Assembly (NCBI GenBank): GCA_027314165.1
Contig: DAHVCH010000001.1
Location: 108,590-172,589 of the forward strand
Source of the DNA: Thermoplasmata archaeon
Lineage (GTDB): Archaea; Thermoplasmatota; Thermoplasmata; Lutacidiplasmatales; UBA184
Direction of reading: 5' to 3'
DNA: 64,000 bases
The notes beneath the pieces were generated by a model that saw only the letters and a program-made list of their open reading frames with translations, did no database searches and was not told the DNA's origin. Positions within the stretch are counted from its first letter, which is position 1. Every line of letters starts with the position of its first letter. Below, piece by piece: positions 56,004 to 64,000 of this stretch. The translations under genes and the position numbers were made by a program.

Positions 56004-57182
56004 ATGTCCGTCCCGGGGAGAAGGAAAGGACCGACGGAACGCACGGCGGCGAGCCGCCCGTCGCGCCCTTCGCTCCCGACCTCCTCATCCCCCCGCGGGT
56101 CCGAGACGGACGGGAAGGGGGACAGGGTCCGCGCGCTCTGGTGGGAGCAAGGGGCCCTCCGCGCGATCGACCAGCGTCACCTTCCGCGTCGCGTGAAGGT
56201 CCTCCGCCTGACCGACGTCCAGGGGGTCGCGGAGGCCATCCGCACCCTGGCGATACGCGGGGCTCCGTGCATCGGTGTCGGGGCCGCCTACGGCATGGTC
56301 CTCGCGCAGAGGAGTGGCCATCTCGGCTCGGAGGAGGCGGCCCGGCTTCTCGGGGGAACCCGTCCCACCGCCCACGACCTGTTCGTTGGGGTCGAGGTCG
56401 TGCAACGGGCCTGGGAGGACCACGAGGACGTCCTGGAGGCCGCCGACCGGTACCGAGGCTCCGTGGTCCAGGAGTGCCGACTCATCGGTGAGGCCGGAGC
56501 TCCCCTCGTGTCCCGGGGCGCACGGGTCCTGACCCACTGCAATGCCGGCGCGCTCGCCACCGTGGAGTGGGGGACCGCTCTCGCCCCGATCCGCTTCGCC
56601 TTCCGGGAGGGTCGAGACCCCTTCGTCTGGGTCGACGAGACCCGCCCGCTGCTCCAGGGGGCGCGCCTCACCGCCTGGGAGCTCGGACAGGAAGGGATCC
56701 GCCATGCCGTCATCGCCGACAATGCCGCCGGACACTTCCTCTACCGAAAGGAGGTCGACCTCGTCGTCGTCGGCGCGGACCGCATCACGCGGTCGGGCGA
56801 CTTCGCGAACAAGGTGGGGACCTACGAAAAGGCGGTGCTGGCGAAGGAGAACGGGGTGCCGTTCTACGTCGCCGCGCCCTGGAGCACCTTCGACCCGCGC
56901 CTGACCTCGGGCGACGAGATCCCGGTGGAGGAGCGCGCGGGGGAGGAAGTGACGAGCTGGGGGAACGTGCCGACCACCCCCGTGGGGACTCCCGCGCGGA
57001 ACCCGGCCTTTGACGTCACCCCGGCCAAGTACGTGACCGCGTTCATCACCCCCGCCGGGGTCGTGGCCCCGAGGGAGCTCTCGACACTGCTCCGGCAGCG
57101 GCGTCCCTCGGCCCTCTCCGTACGGACACGACCGGAAGGGTCCACGTCCGCCGTTCCCGGCGCCTCCGGCCTGTCCCGGTGA
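56004..57182 (+). CDS. mtnA: Methylthioribose-1-phosphate isomerase
   Basis: IRGAP.IG, RPTA, THCNAGALAT, DETRPLLQGARLTAWEL, NPAFDVTP. Confidence 0.93.
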   Translation: MSVPGRRKGPTERTAASRPSRPSLPTSSSPRGSETDGKGDRVRALWWEQGALRAIDQRHLPRRVKVLRLTDVQGVAEAIRTLAIRGAPCIGVGAAYGMVLAQRSGHLGSEEAARLLGGTRPTAHDLFVGVEVVQRAWEDHEDVLEAADRYRGSVVQECRLIGEAGAPLVSRGARVLTHCNAGALATVEWGTALAPIRFAFREGRDPFVWVDETRPLLQGARLTAWELGQEGIRHAVIADNAAGHFLYRKEVDLVVVGADRITRSGDFANKVGTYEKAVLAKENGVPFYVAAPWSTFDPRLTSGDEIPVEERAGEEVTSWGNVPTTPVGTPARNPAFDVTPAKYVTAFITPAGVVAPRELSTLLRQRRPSALSVRTRPEGSTSAVPGASGLSR

Positions 57183-57212
57183 CCATCTGCAAGGGGACCA
57201 ACCTCGAGGCCG

Positions 57213-57941
57213 GTGCGAACGATGCCGTTCGAGTCTGAGGACGACCAGGGGAGAGGCCTGGAGGGAACGAGCTCAGATTCCTCCACGCAGTCGCGATCCA
57301 TCCTGGAGGGGGTGGTCGACTACTACTCGCCCCGCCACGAGGGCGATCTTCCGTGGGAGCGCGGCGACGCCTACCTTCTTGGCCAGTTGGGGCGGGCCGC
57401 TGTGGTCGTCGCGGGGTCCCTCGGCGCGCTGTACTTCCTCTCCCCGTTCGCGATCACCGGGACCGGTGGGCTCCTGCGCGTGGGTACCAGCGTGTGGGGG
57501 ACGGCCATCTTCGGTCTCATCGCGGTCTTCTCGGCGATCCTGCTCGTCGGCACCGCGCTCTTCGTAGCGCCCGCGCGCCGCATGCTTCCCCACACGATGG
57601 TGCTTCAGACCGACGTGCCCTGGAAAGAGATGGTCCCGGAGATCGGCCGTCGCCTCAAGGCCCTGGGCGTGGTCTCCAAACGCCGTCGGATCGTGTCCGG
57701 GGGCCTCTTCGAGGGATACGATTTCCCGGTTCGTTCCGAGTACGCCCCGCTCAAGATCCTGGGCTCCTCTCTAGTATTTGTCACATGGGGGGGAGCGCGA
57801 AGCCTGGTCGTGGTCCCCCTCCCGCTGTTCCGCCACGCCCGCTGGGGCCAGGACATCGACCGGCTCGTGCGGGATGTCCTCGTTTGGGAGCGGCCGGGGA
57901 AGGTCACGACACCCGACGCCCGCTCCCTCGACGAGGAATGA
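57213..57941 (+). CDS. Hypothetical membrane protein
   Basis: Two TM segments and coding-like codon pattern. Confidence 0.6.
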   Translation: MRTMPFESEDDQGRGLEGTSSDSSTQSRSILEGVVDYYSPRHEGDLPWERGDAYLLGQLGRAAVVVAGSLGALYFLSPFAITGTGGLLRVGTSVWGTAIFGLIAVFSAILLVGTALFVAPARRMLPHTMVLQTDVPWKEMVPEIGRRLKALGVVSKRRRIVSGGLFEGYDFPVRSEYAPLKILGSSLVFVTWGGARSLVVVPLPLFRHARWGQDIDRLVRDVLVWERPGKVTTPDARSLDEE

Positions 57942-58783
57942 GCCGCTCGCGTCCACACTCCCTGGTCACCTGTGACAGAAGGGGCCAGACCGTGGGCCCA
58001 TCGAAAAGCGGGTGAACGCCCCGATCGGGAGTCTCCGAAGGCGGCCGTCCAGCCGCCTTCTTTTGAACCCGAGCCCACGGCTCGACAGACCGTGATCCTA
58101 GACCACTAGACTATCGGGGCGCGAGGGCGCGAGCGACCCTGACGGTAATAAAAGCTGCGCAAACGGCCCGCGCTATCGACGCGTGTGGCGCCGCCCGCCG
58201 GGGCGGGAGGAGCGCTCGGAGGGCCGGCCACCCCACCAGGGTCCCGAGGGCCTCGCTCCTCGTTCACCGACCTTCCCGCAGTCCCTACCGTGCCTCTCCC
58301 GGATACCGGTTCTCTCCGAGATCGAACCGGGGAGCTACCACGGCACCGATCCCCATCCCCCCGCCTCGGCGGGGTGGGACGGTCCTACTGGCCTTGCCCC
58401 TCGAGGAGGCTTCGGCGCCCCTTATTGTCCTGCCTCACGAGCAGGGTCTCACGGGGCCCGCCGAGCGGTGGAGGGTCGAGGGGCCCGGAAAGGGGGGATC
58501 GGCGGAGCCGACGGTCGTCCGACAGTTCCCGCGGAACTGCGAACGAGGGAGCGTTTCACCCCCCGGGGATCGCCCCCCCTCCCCTCCCCCATACCCCTAC
58601 CCTTTCTCCCGACCGTAGCCGAGCGTGGTCGCGGGCAGGTCGGCGACCCGCCCTGCGAATGATCGCCCTGGTTTAAACAACCCCCGAGCGCCTGATAGGA
58701 CTCAAGGCCGAAGTCGAAAGAACTCGGACGAACGAACCAACAAAGGAACACGAGAAACGAAACCAGGAGGAAAGAGACACACT

Positions 58784-58930
58784 ATGAGCGCCATGTTGAA
58801 CGCGGTTGGACTGATGACCCTGATGGCGATGAGCGCGGTGCTGCTGAACGGCGCGGGATTCCCGCTGACCCCGCTCATCCACGCCTGCGCTGGCTACATC
58901 CTAGGATACCTTCCTTTCCAGCTCCCCTGA
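58784..58930 (+). CDS. 48-aa hydrophobic small protein
   Basis: AGGAGG upstream, A-rich leader, TTTAAA box at about 58672. Confidence 0.6.
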   Translation: MSAMLNAVGLMTLMAMSAVLLNGAGFPLTPLIHACAGYILGYLPFQLP

Positions 58931-59010
58931 AGGCGAGCATCTCGGAGCGAGGCGGCCTCCCCCGACCTTCCGGCCAGATGGCCGGCGAGAGCTCCGGCGG
59001 CGCCCGGAAC

Positions 59011-59397
59011 TCACGACGATCTCAGGGACCGCACGAACTCCTCCAGCGCACGGGAAGAGCTCCCGCAGAACGCGTCGTTGCGGCCGATGGCCAGGACCAA
59101 GGGGCGAGTCACGAACGTGGGTTCCGATAGCATGAGGTCGAGCATCTCGCTCTCGCTCAGTTCCCTCCGGTCCAGGCCTCGCGCCCGATACTGGACAGCC
59201 CGACGAGAGAAGAGCCGAGCGGCACCCCCCACCCGCTGGGCCATCGCCTCGAGCTCGGACCTCTTCAGGGGGTCCTCGCGCAGGTCGCGGAACTGCCGGA
59301 CCTCGATCCCTTCCCCCACGAGCGACTGCACGACCCGTCGGCAGGTCGAGCAGCGGTGGAGCCCTAGGACGTCGACCTTCCGGTCGGGACCCGTCAC
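59011..59397 (-). CDS. ArsC/Spx-family protein
   Basis: CSTCRR, DL.EDP....EL, EPTFVTRP. Confidence 0.8.
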   Translation of the reverse strand: MTGPDRKVDVLGLHRCSTCRRVVQSLVGEGIEVRQFRDLREDPLKRSELEAMAQRVGGAARLFSRRAVQYRARGLDRRELSESEMLDLMLSEPTFVTRPLVLAIGRNDAFCGSSSRALEEFVRSLRSS

Positions 59398-59693
59398 CCG
59401 GTCCCCGAGGGGGGCGACGCCCCGGGCTTCGGAGCGCCGCGCAACGCGGGGTGTTCCTTGGGGGGCGACCCTGGGGGCATCCCCTTGGCCCCTTCGACGA
59501 TGTCGAGGTCCTGCCAGCTCACCCCCACCGTCACCGCGTGGAATCGGACCTTGAGGGTGTAGTTGGCGAGCATCCCGACGACAAGCCCCTCGATACCCTC
59601 GACCAGCGCAGGGTTCATGACCGAGAGGTCCTTGGTCAGGCGTACGCGCGTCTCTCCATGCTTGATGCGAGCGAGCTCGCTCCTGTCCTTCAT
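59394..59693 (-). CDS. Small hypothetical beta-rich protein
   Basis: MKDRSELARIKHGETRVRLTKDL...; GTGA coupling to the ArsC-like gene. Confidence 0.55.
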   Translation of the reverse strand: MKDRSELARIKHGETRVRLTKDLSVMNPALVEGIEGLVVGMLANYTLKVRFHAVTVGVSWQDLDIVEGAKGMPPGSPPKEHPALRGAPKPGASPPSGTG

Positions 59694-59813
59694 GGGCCAT
59701 CCGGGGGGAGCCTTTCGGGGCTTAACGCTTGGCGCGGGCCCCCGTCCAAAGGCGCCCCGGCCGGGCGCAAGGGCTTTTATCAACCCCCACTTCGTTCCAG
59801 GGGAAGCATCGCT

Positions 59814-60011
59814 ATGACGGAGGCGGTCCGCAGGACCGACAAGACGGTCCACCTCCGGATCGACCCCCATGACGAAACTACTACCCTCGAAGACGTCCTC
59901 TCCAAGATCACCGAGCTCCAACGAAAGCATCCCGACCGTGAGGTCTTCTTCGACGGCGACGAGTACGCCATCTGCTCCCGTCCGAAACGGCTCAAGCGCC
60001 CCGCCCGCTGA
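59814..60011 (+). CDS. Small hypothetical protein upstream of tpiA
   Basis: MTEAV...HPDREVFFDGDEYAICSR; TTTTAT box upstream. Confidence 0.65.
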   Translation: MTEAVRRTDKTVHLRIDPHDETTTLEDVLSKITELQRKHPDREVFFDGDEYAICSRPKRLKRPAR

Positions 60012-60708
60012 TCCGAGCGCTCCGCTCGGGACCCCCCTTCTCCTGCTGAACCTGAAGGCCTACCCCGGCTGCCTGGGTCCGGGCGCCCTGAAGCTCGGAA
60101 GGACGCTGGAGAAGCTGGGGAACGAATCCGGGGTGCACGTCGCCATCGCCCCTGCGGCCCCCGACCTGGGGCTGCTCGCGGACGCGCTCTCCATACCGGT
60201 CCTCGCCCAGCACGTGGACAACCGACCCGTCGGTCCGAGCACCGGCTGGCTGGTCCCGGAGGCGCTCCTCGCGTCCGGGGGGCGGGGCAGTCTCGTGAAC
60301 CACTCGGAGCACCCTCTCGCCCCCATTGAGATGGCGCTGACCGTCGAGCGCCTGACGGAGGTCGGGCTCTGCTCGGTCGTTTGCGCCCGGGAGGAGCAGG
60401 AGGCGACGCTCTTCTCGCAGACCGCGCGCCCCGCCTATCTCGCCGTCGAACCTCCGGAGCTCATCGGGGGAAAGGTGTCCGTCTCCCGGGCCCGACCGGA
60501 GGTGATCAGCCACTCGGTGCTGGCGGTCCGGCGCGGGTCGCCCGCCACTCACGTGCTCTGCGGAGCGGGCGTTCAAGATGCCGAGGATGTGAGGAAGGCC
60601 CTCGAGCTCGGGGCCGAGGGCATCCTGGTGGCCAGCGCCGTCACCAAGGCCTCGGACCCCGAGAAGGCCCTCCGGGGGCTTCTCTCAGGGTTCGTCCCGG
60701 CGCGCTGA
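59938..60708 (+). CDS. tpiA: Triosephosphate isomerase, archaeal type (start ambiguous)
   Basis: NLKAY, NHSE, AVEPPELIG, GILVASA. Confidence 0.9.
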   Translation: MRSSSTATSTPSAPVRNGSSAPPADPSAPLGTPLLLLNLKAYPGCLGPGALKLGRTLEKLGNESGVHVAIAPAAPDLGLLADALSIPVLAQHVDNRPVGPSTGWLVPEALLASGGRGSLVNHSEHPLAPIEMALTVERLTEVGLCSVVCAREEQEATLFSQTARPAYLAVEPPELIGGKVSVSRARPEVISHSVLAVRRGSPATHVLCGAGVQDAEDVRKALELGAEGILVASAVTKASDPEKALRGLLSGFVPAR

Positions 60709-60729
60709 CCGCGCGTCCTGCCGCCCGTT

Positions 60730-61689
60730 CTACGCGGGGTCGGCGATGACCACGGTGCCCGCCTGCCCCTTCAGGGCCATCGGGAAGTGGTCCGAGTCGG
60801 TGATGATCGCACGTTTTCCCCCATCCTTCAGGAAGGCCAGGGCGGCCTCGACCTTGGGGCGCATGCTCCCTTCACCGAACTCGCCCTGGAGGAGGTGCTC
60901 CCTCATCTCGGAGGCCCTCACGCGCCCGAGCCGCTTCTCCCGCGCGGTCCGGAACCCGAGGCACACTTGGGGGACGTCGGTCAGGATCGCGAGGTCCTCC
61001 GCCCCCACGGTGCTCCCGAGCAGCGCGGCGGTACGGTCCTTGTCGATGACTGACTCGACCCCCTCGAGGGTGCCGCGGTGTCGGGACACCACCGGGACCC
61101 CTCCACCGCCCGCCAGGAGCGGCAGCATCCGGCGTCCGAACCCCCTCTCGAAGAGCTCTCGCAGCACGGGACCTTCGACGATGCGCTGCGGGATCGGGGA
61201 AGGGACCACCCTCCGCCATCCGCCCCGCGCCATGTCGTGCACCATGGTCCACCCGCGCTGCTTGATGCAGAGGCGAGCCTCGTTGTCCTCGTAGAACCGA
61301 CCGATGGGCTTGGTCGGATGCTGGAAGGCGGGGTCCTTCGGGGAGACCTCGACGCGGGTCACGATCGGAATGACGAACCTGTCGACATGGGCGCGGTGAA
61401 GCGCCGACGTCAGTTCCTGCTGCAGGAGGTAGCCTATCCAACCCGCCGTGGCGGCGCCCACCGCGTCGAGGGGGAGGGGCTCCACCTCCCGGGTGGCCTC
61501 CTGCTGGAGCAGGAGGTTGCCCACCTGCGGGCCGTTACCGTGGGTGAGGACGATCTCGGCCCCCCGGGCCGCGAGCCGGACCACAGGGCCGACCACGCTG
61601 CGCGCGTTCTGACGCGCCTCCTCCCAGGTCCCCTTCTCCCCGGCCCGGGAGATGGCGTTCCCCCCGAGAGCGATCACGACACGGCCCAT
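60730..61689 (-). CDS. arcC: Carbamate kinase
   Basis: ALGGNA, HGNGPQVG, PTKPIG, RRVVPSP, GGGGVPV, IDKD, GSM.PK. Confidence 0.95.
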   Translation of the reverse strand: MGRVVIALGGNAISRAGEKGTWEEARQNARSVVGPVVRLAARGAEIVLTHGNGPQVGNLLLQQEATREVEPLPLDAVGAATAGWIGYLLQQELTSALHRAHVDRFVIPIVTRVEVSPKDPAFQHPTKPIGRFYEDNEARLCIKQRGWTMVHDMARGGWRRVVPSPIPQRIVEGPVLRELFERGFGRRMLPLLAGGGGVPVVSRHRGTLEGVESVIDKDRTAALLGSTVGAEDLAILTDVPQVCLGFRTAREKRLGRVRASEMREHLLQGEFGEGSMRPKVEAALAFLKDGGKRAIITDSDHFPMALKGQAGTVVIADPA

Positions 61690-61754
61690 GCGAGCTCTCC
61701 GAGAGCGAGAGCGACCATCGGGGGGATTAATAAATGGGACGAGTTGCCCGCGGC

Positions 61755-63137
61755 GTGAAGGGTACCCCGGAAGAGGACCTCGTCTGTCCCTTGGAGTTCC
61801 GCTACGGACCTGCGAAGGTGCGAGCGATCTTCACCCGGCGCGCCCGGCTCGGCCGATGGCTGCGGGTGGAGGCGGCACTCGCCCAGGCGCTCGCCGAGGA
61901 GAAGGTCATCCCGGAGGCCGCCGCGAAGGCCATCGCCAAGGCCGCCCGTCCGGAGGTCGTCAAGCTCGAGCGTGTCGACGAGCTCGAGCGCGAGACCCGT
62001 CACGATGTGATGGCGCTCTCCCGCGCGCTCGCGGAGCAGAGCGGTGAGGGGGGCCGGTGGGTCCACTTCGGCGCCACCTCCAACGATATCCTGGACACCG
62101 CGCTCGGACTGGAACTGCACGAGACGACGACGGTCCTCGAGGGTTACCTCGCCGCGCTCGTCGAGGCCCTGCTCCGCCAGGCGGATGCGCACCGGGGGAC
62201 CGCGATGGTCGCAAGGACGCACGGGCAGCATGCGGTCCCGTTCACGCTCGGGTACAAGCTCGTCGGCTTCGCCGCAGAGTTCGTCCGCCACCGTGTCCGG
62301 CTCCAGGAGATGGCGCCCCGTCTCGCGGTGGGGAAGATGTCGGGGGCCGTGGGCACCGGTGCGAGCTTCGGGGAGCTCGCGCCCGCGATCGAGGAAAGGA
62401 CCCTCGGCCGGTTGGGACTGACCCCGGAGACCGCGCCGACGCAGATCGTCTGCCGCGACCGGATGGCGGAGCTCACGAACTGGATGGCGCTCGTCGCCTC
62501 GAGCGCCGACCGTCTTGCCACGGAGGTCCGCAACCTTCAACGCTCGGAGTTGGGCGAGCTGGGCGAACCGTTCGACGAGGCCACCCAGGTGGGCTCCTCG
62601 ACCATGGCCCAGAAGAGGAACCCCACCAACGCCGAGAACGTCTCCTCGCTCGCACGCCTGGTCCGCGCGCTCGCCGGACCTCCCCTGGAGAACATGGTCC
62701 AGTGGCACGAACGCGACCTTGCGAACAGCGCCAACGAGCGGATCGTGCTCCCGCACGACGTCCTGCTGCTCTCCGAGATGCTGGAGCGGCTCACCCGTAT
62801 CGTCGAAGGGCTGCGCGTGGACGTCGGACGGATGCGGGAGAACCTGGAGTCCTCCGGGGGGGCCGTCATGGCCGAAGCGCTGCTCCTCGCCCTCACGGAC
62901 CGCGGCGTCGCCCGCGCCGAGTCGCACGAGATGGTCCGACAGCTCACGCGCGCGCTGCCGCACGGTGACTCCCGTGCGCTGCTCGTACGTGCACGAGGCT
63001 CGCCCGAGGTCTCCTCCCGTTTCTCGATGGAGGAACTGGAGCGGCTGCTCGACCCTGAGGCCTACGTCCGGGCCTCCGAGAGGAAGACCACGCGCGTCCT
63101 GGCGCAGATCCGGAAGGACCTTGGGCGACCCAAGTGA
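61755..63137 (+). CDS. purB: Adenylosuccinate lyase
   Basis: ETRHDV, HFGATSND, RTHGQHA, GSSTMAQKRNP, HERDL. Confidence 0.95.
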   Translation: MKGTPEEDLVCPLEFRYGPAKVRAIFTRRARLGRWLRVEAALAQALAEEKVIPEAAAKAIAKAARPEVVKLERVDELERETRHDVMALSRALAEQSGEGGRWVHFGATSNDILDTALGLELHETTTVLEGYLAALVEALLRQADAHRGTAMVARTHGQHAVPFTLGYKLVGFAAEFVRHRVRLQEMAPRLAVGKMSGAVGTGASFGELAPAIEERTLGRLGLTPETAPTQIVCRDRMAELTNWMALVASSADRLATEVRNLQRSELGELGEPFDEATQVGSSTMAQKRNPTNAENVSSLARLVRALAGPPLENMVQWHERDLANSANERIVLPHDVLLLSEMLERLTRIVEGLRVDVGRMRENLESSGGAVMAEALLLALTDRGVARAESHEMVRQLTRALPHGDSRALLVRARGSPEVSSRFSMEELERLLDPEAYVRASERKTTRVLAQIRKDLGRPK

Positions 63138-63216
63138 GGAGCGGCCCGCGCAGCGCCCCGCGGCCCCTGCCACCGGCCGTGCGGCGGACCGCGACGTAGC
63201 CCCCCTTTCCGCCGAG

Positions 63217-63468
63217 GTGGTCCTGGGCCCCCTGCCGGCCCCGCTGGCCGACCGCCTGGTCGCGGCCCTCGAGCCGGAGTCGGACGGCGGCGTTCCCCGG
63301 ACCTCAGTATCGATCCATCACCGGGGGGACGGCAAGGTCGTCCTGAAGCTCGGGGCCCCGACGACCGCCGCGCTCCGGGCGGCGTTGAACGCCCACCTGC
63401 GATGGGTCGGGCTGGCCCTTCGCGTCAACGACCTTTCGACCCGAGGCCACCCCCAGCGGGAGAAGTAG
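63217..63468 (+). CDS. KEOPS complex subunit Pcc1-like
   Basis: AL.PE...R.SV...A....ALRAALN..LRW; start uncertain. Confidence 0.7.
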   Translation: MVLGPLPAPLADRLVAALEPESDGGVPRTSVSIHHRGDGKVVLKLGAPTTAALRAALNAHLRWVGLALRVNDLSTRGHPQREK

Positions 63469-63617
63469 CGTCGGGGACGCGGTCCGGCACTCCCGGCGGA
63501 GCGGGAAGACCCTCCCCTGGCTCGACCACGGGTCCTCGGGCGGGCGGCGAAGCTCCCCCTCCCCCGACCTTGGAGGCACCCCCTAGGGCTTTGTCCTGTC
63601 CGTGCTGGGTCGGGAAC

Positions 63618-64000
63618 GTGCCGGACGCAGGGGCTCAACGGGTCTCGCTCCACAAGCGCTCCGCGTTCATCGACCGCGAGGGAGAGACCCGTTCCGTCCA
63701 GGCGGCCCTGGACCGTGCCCTCTCGGGGGAGGGCTCCGCCCTGCTCATCGAAGGCACGGAAGGCATCGGCAAGACCCGGCTGGCCCGTTGGGCGGAAGAG
63801 AAGGCGCGCACCCTCGGGTTCGAGGTCCGTTGGGGACACGGTGTGCGCGACGGGCTCGTGCCCTTCATGCCGATCGAGCTCCTGTTCCGGACCGATCGCC
63901 GGCGCCCCCGGTCGGCGGGAGCCTCGACCGATGGACCGCAGGGCGAAGGGGCCCGGACCCGCCCGCCCATGCTCCTCGTCGAGGAGCCGCGCCCCCGCAC
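63618..64000 (+). CDS. STAND/AAA_16-type ATPase (3'-truncated by window edge)
   Basis: Translated by eye: FIDREGE...LLIEGTEGIGKTRL...PFMP. Confidence 0.8.
   Translation, partial: MPDAGAQRVSLHKRSAFIDREGETRSVQAALDRALSGEGSALLIEGTEGIGKTRLARWAEEKARTLGFEVRWGHGVRDGLVPFMPIELLFRTDRRRPRSAGASTDGPQGEGARTRPPMLLVEEPRPR

Noticed and set aside
58470..58580. SRP RNA or RNase P RNA
   Set aside because: GGCCCGGAAAGG only partly resembles SRP helix 8 (no CAGG/AGCA loop), and no RNase P GAGGAAAGUCC-type motif was found

Overview
High-GC archaeal chromosomal window, most consistent with a Thermoplasmata archaeon (inferred from archaeal class I CCA enzyme, TrmY, DUF6015- and DUF835-like proteins, archaeal-type TpiA, Pcc1 and a GDGT ring synthase homologue). 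It holds about 60 genes, mostly housekeeping (lipA, cca, trmY, queC, nadK, gcvPA/PB, pepQ, mtnA, tpiA, arcC, purB). I saw no tRNA, rRNA, CRISPR array or mobile element. The standout candidate for an undescribed system is a three-gene cluster at 28,994-34,640: a vWA/MIDAS protein, a TRAFAC-type GTPase with a Pro-rich N-terminus, and a large protein with a GAP1-N1-like N-terminus and a long coiled coil but no recognisable toxin domain. Other notable items: a six-gene Ehr (hydrogenase-4-like, no Ni ligands) complex followed by an AbrB-PhoU regulator and two DUF1059-like proteins; a cdrS-like RHH gene with an FtsZ whose catalytic T7 Asp is replaced by His; a Grs-like radical SAM gene next to a UbiD gene; a PfkA with the PPi-dependent signature; a methyltransferase frameshifted in a C9 tract; a G-quadruplex-prone (CTGAGGG)5 repeat; and a 48-aa hydrophobic peptide behind an A-rich leader. 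All family calls come from motif recognition by eye, with no database searches, and several start codons are best estimates.
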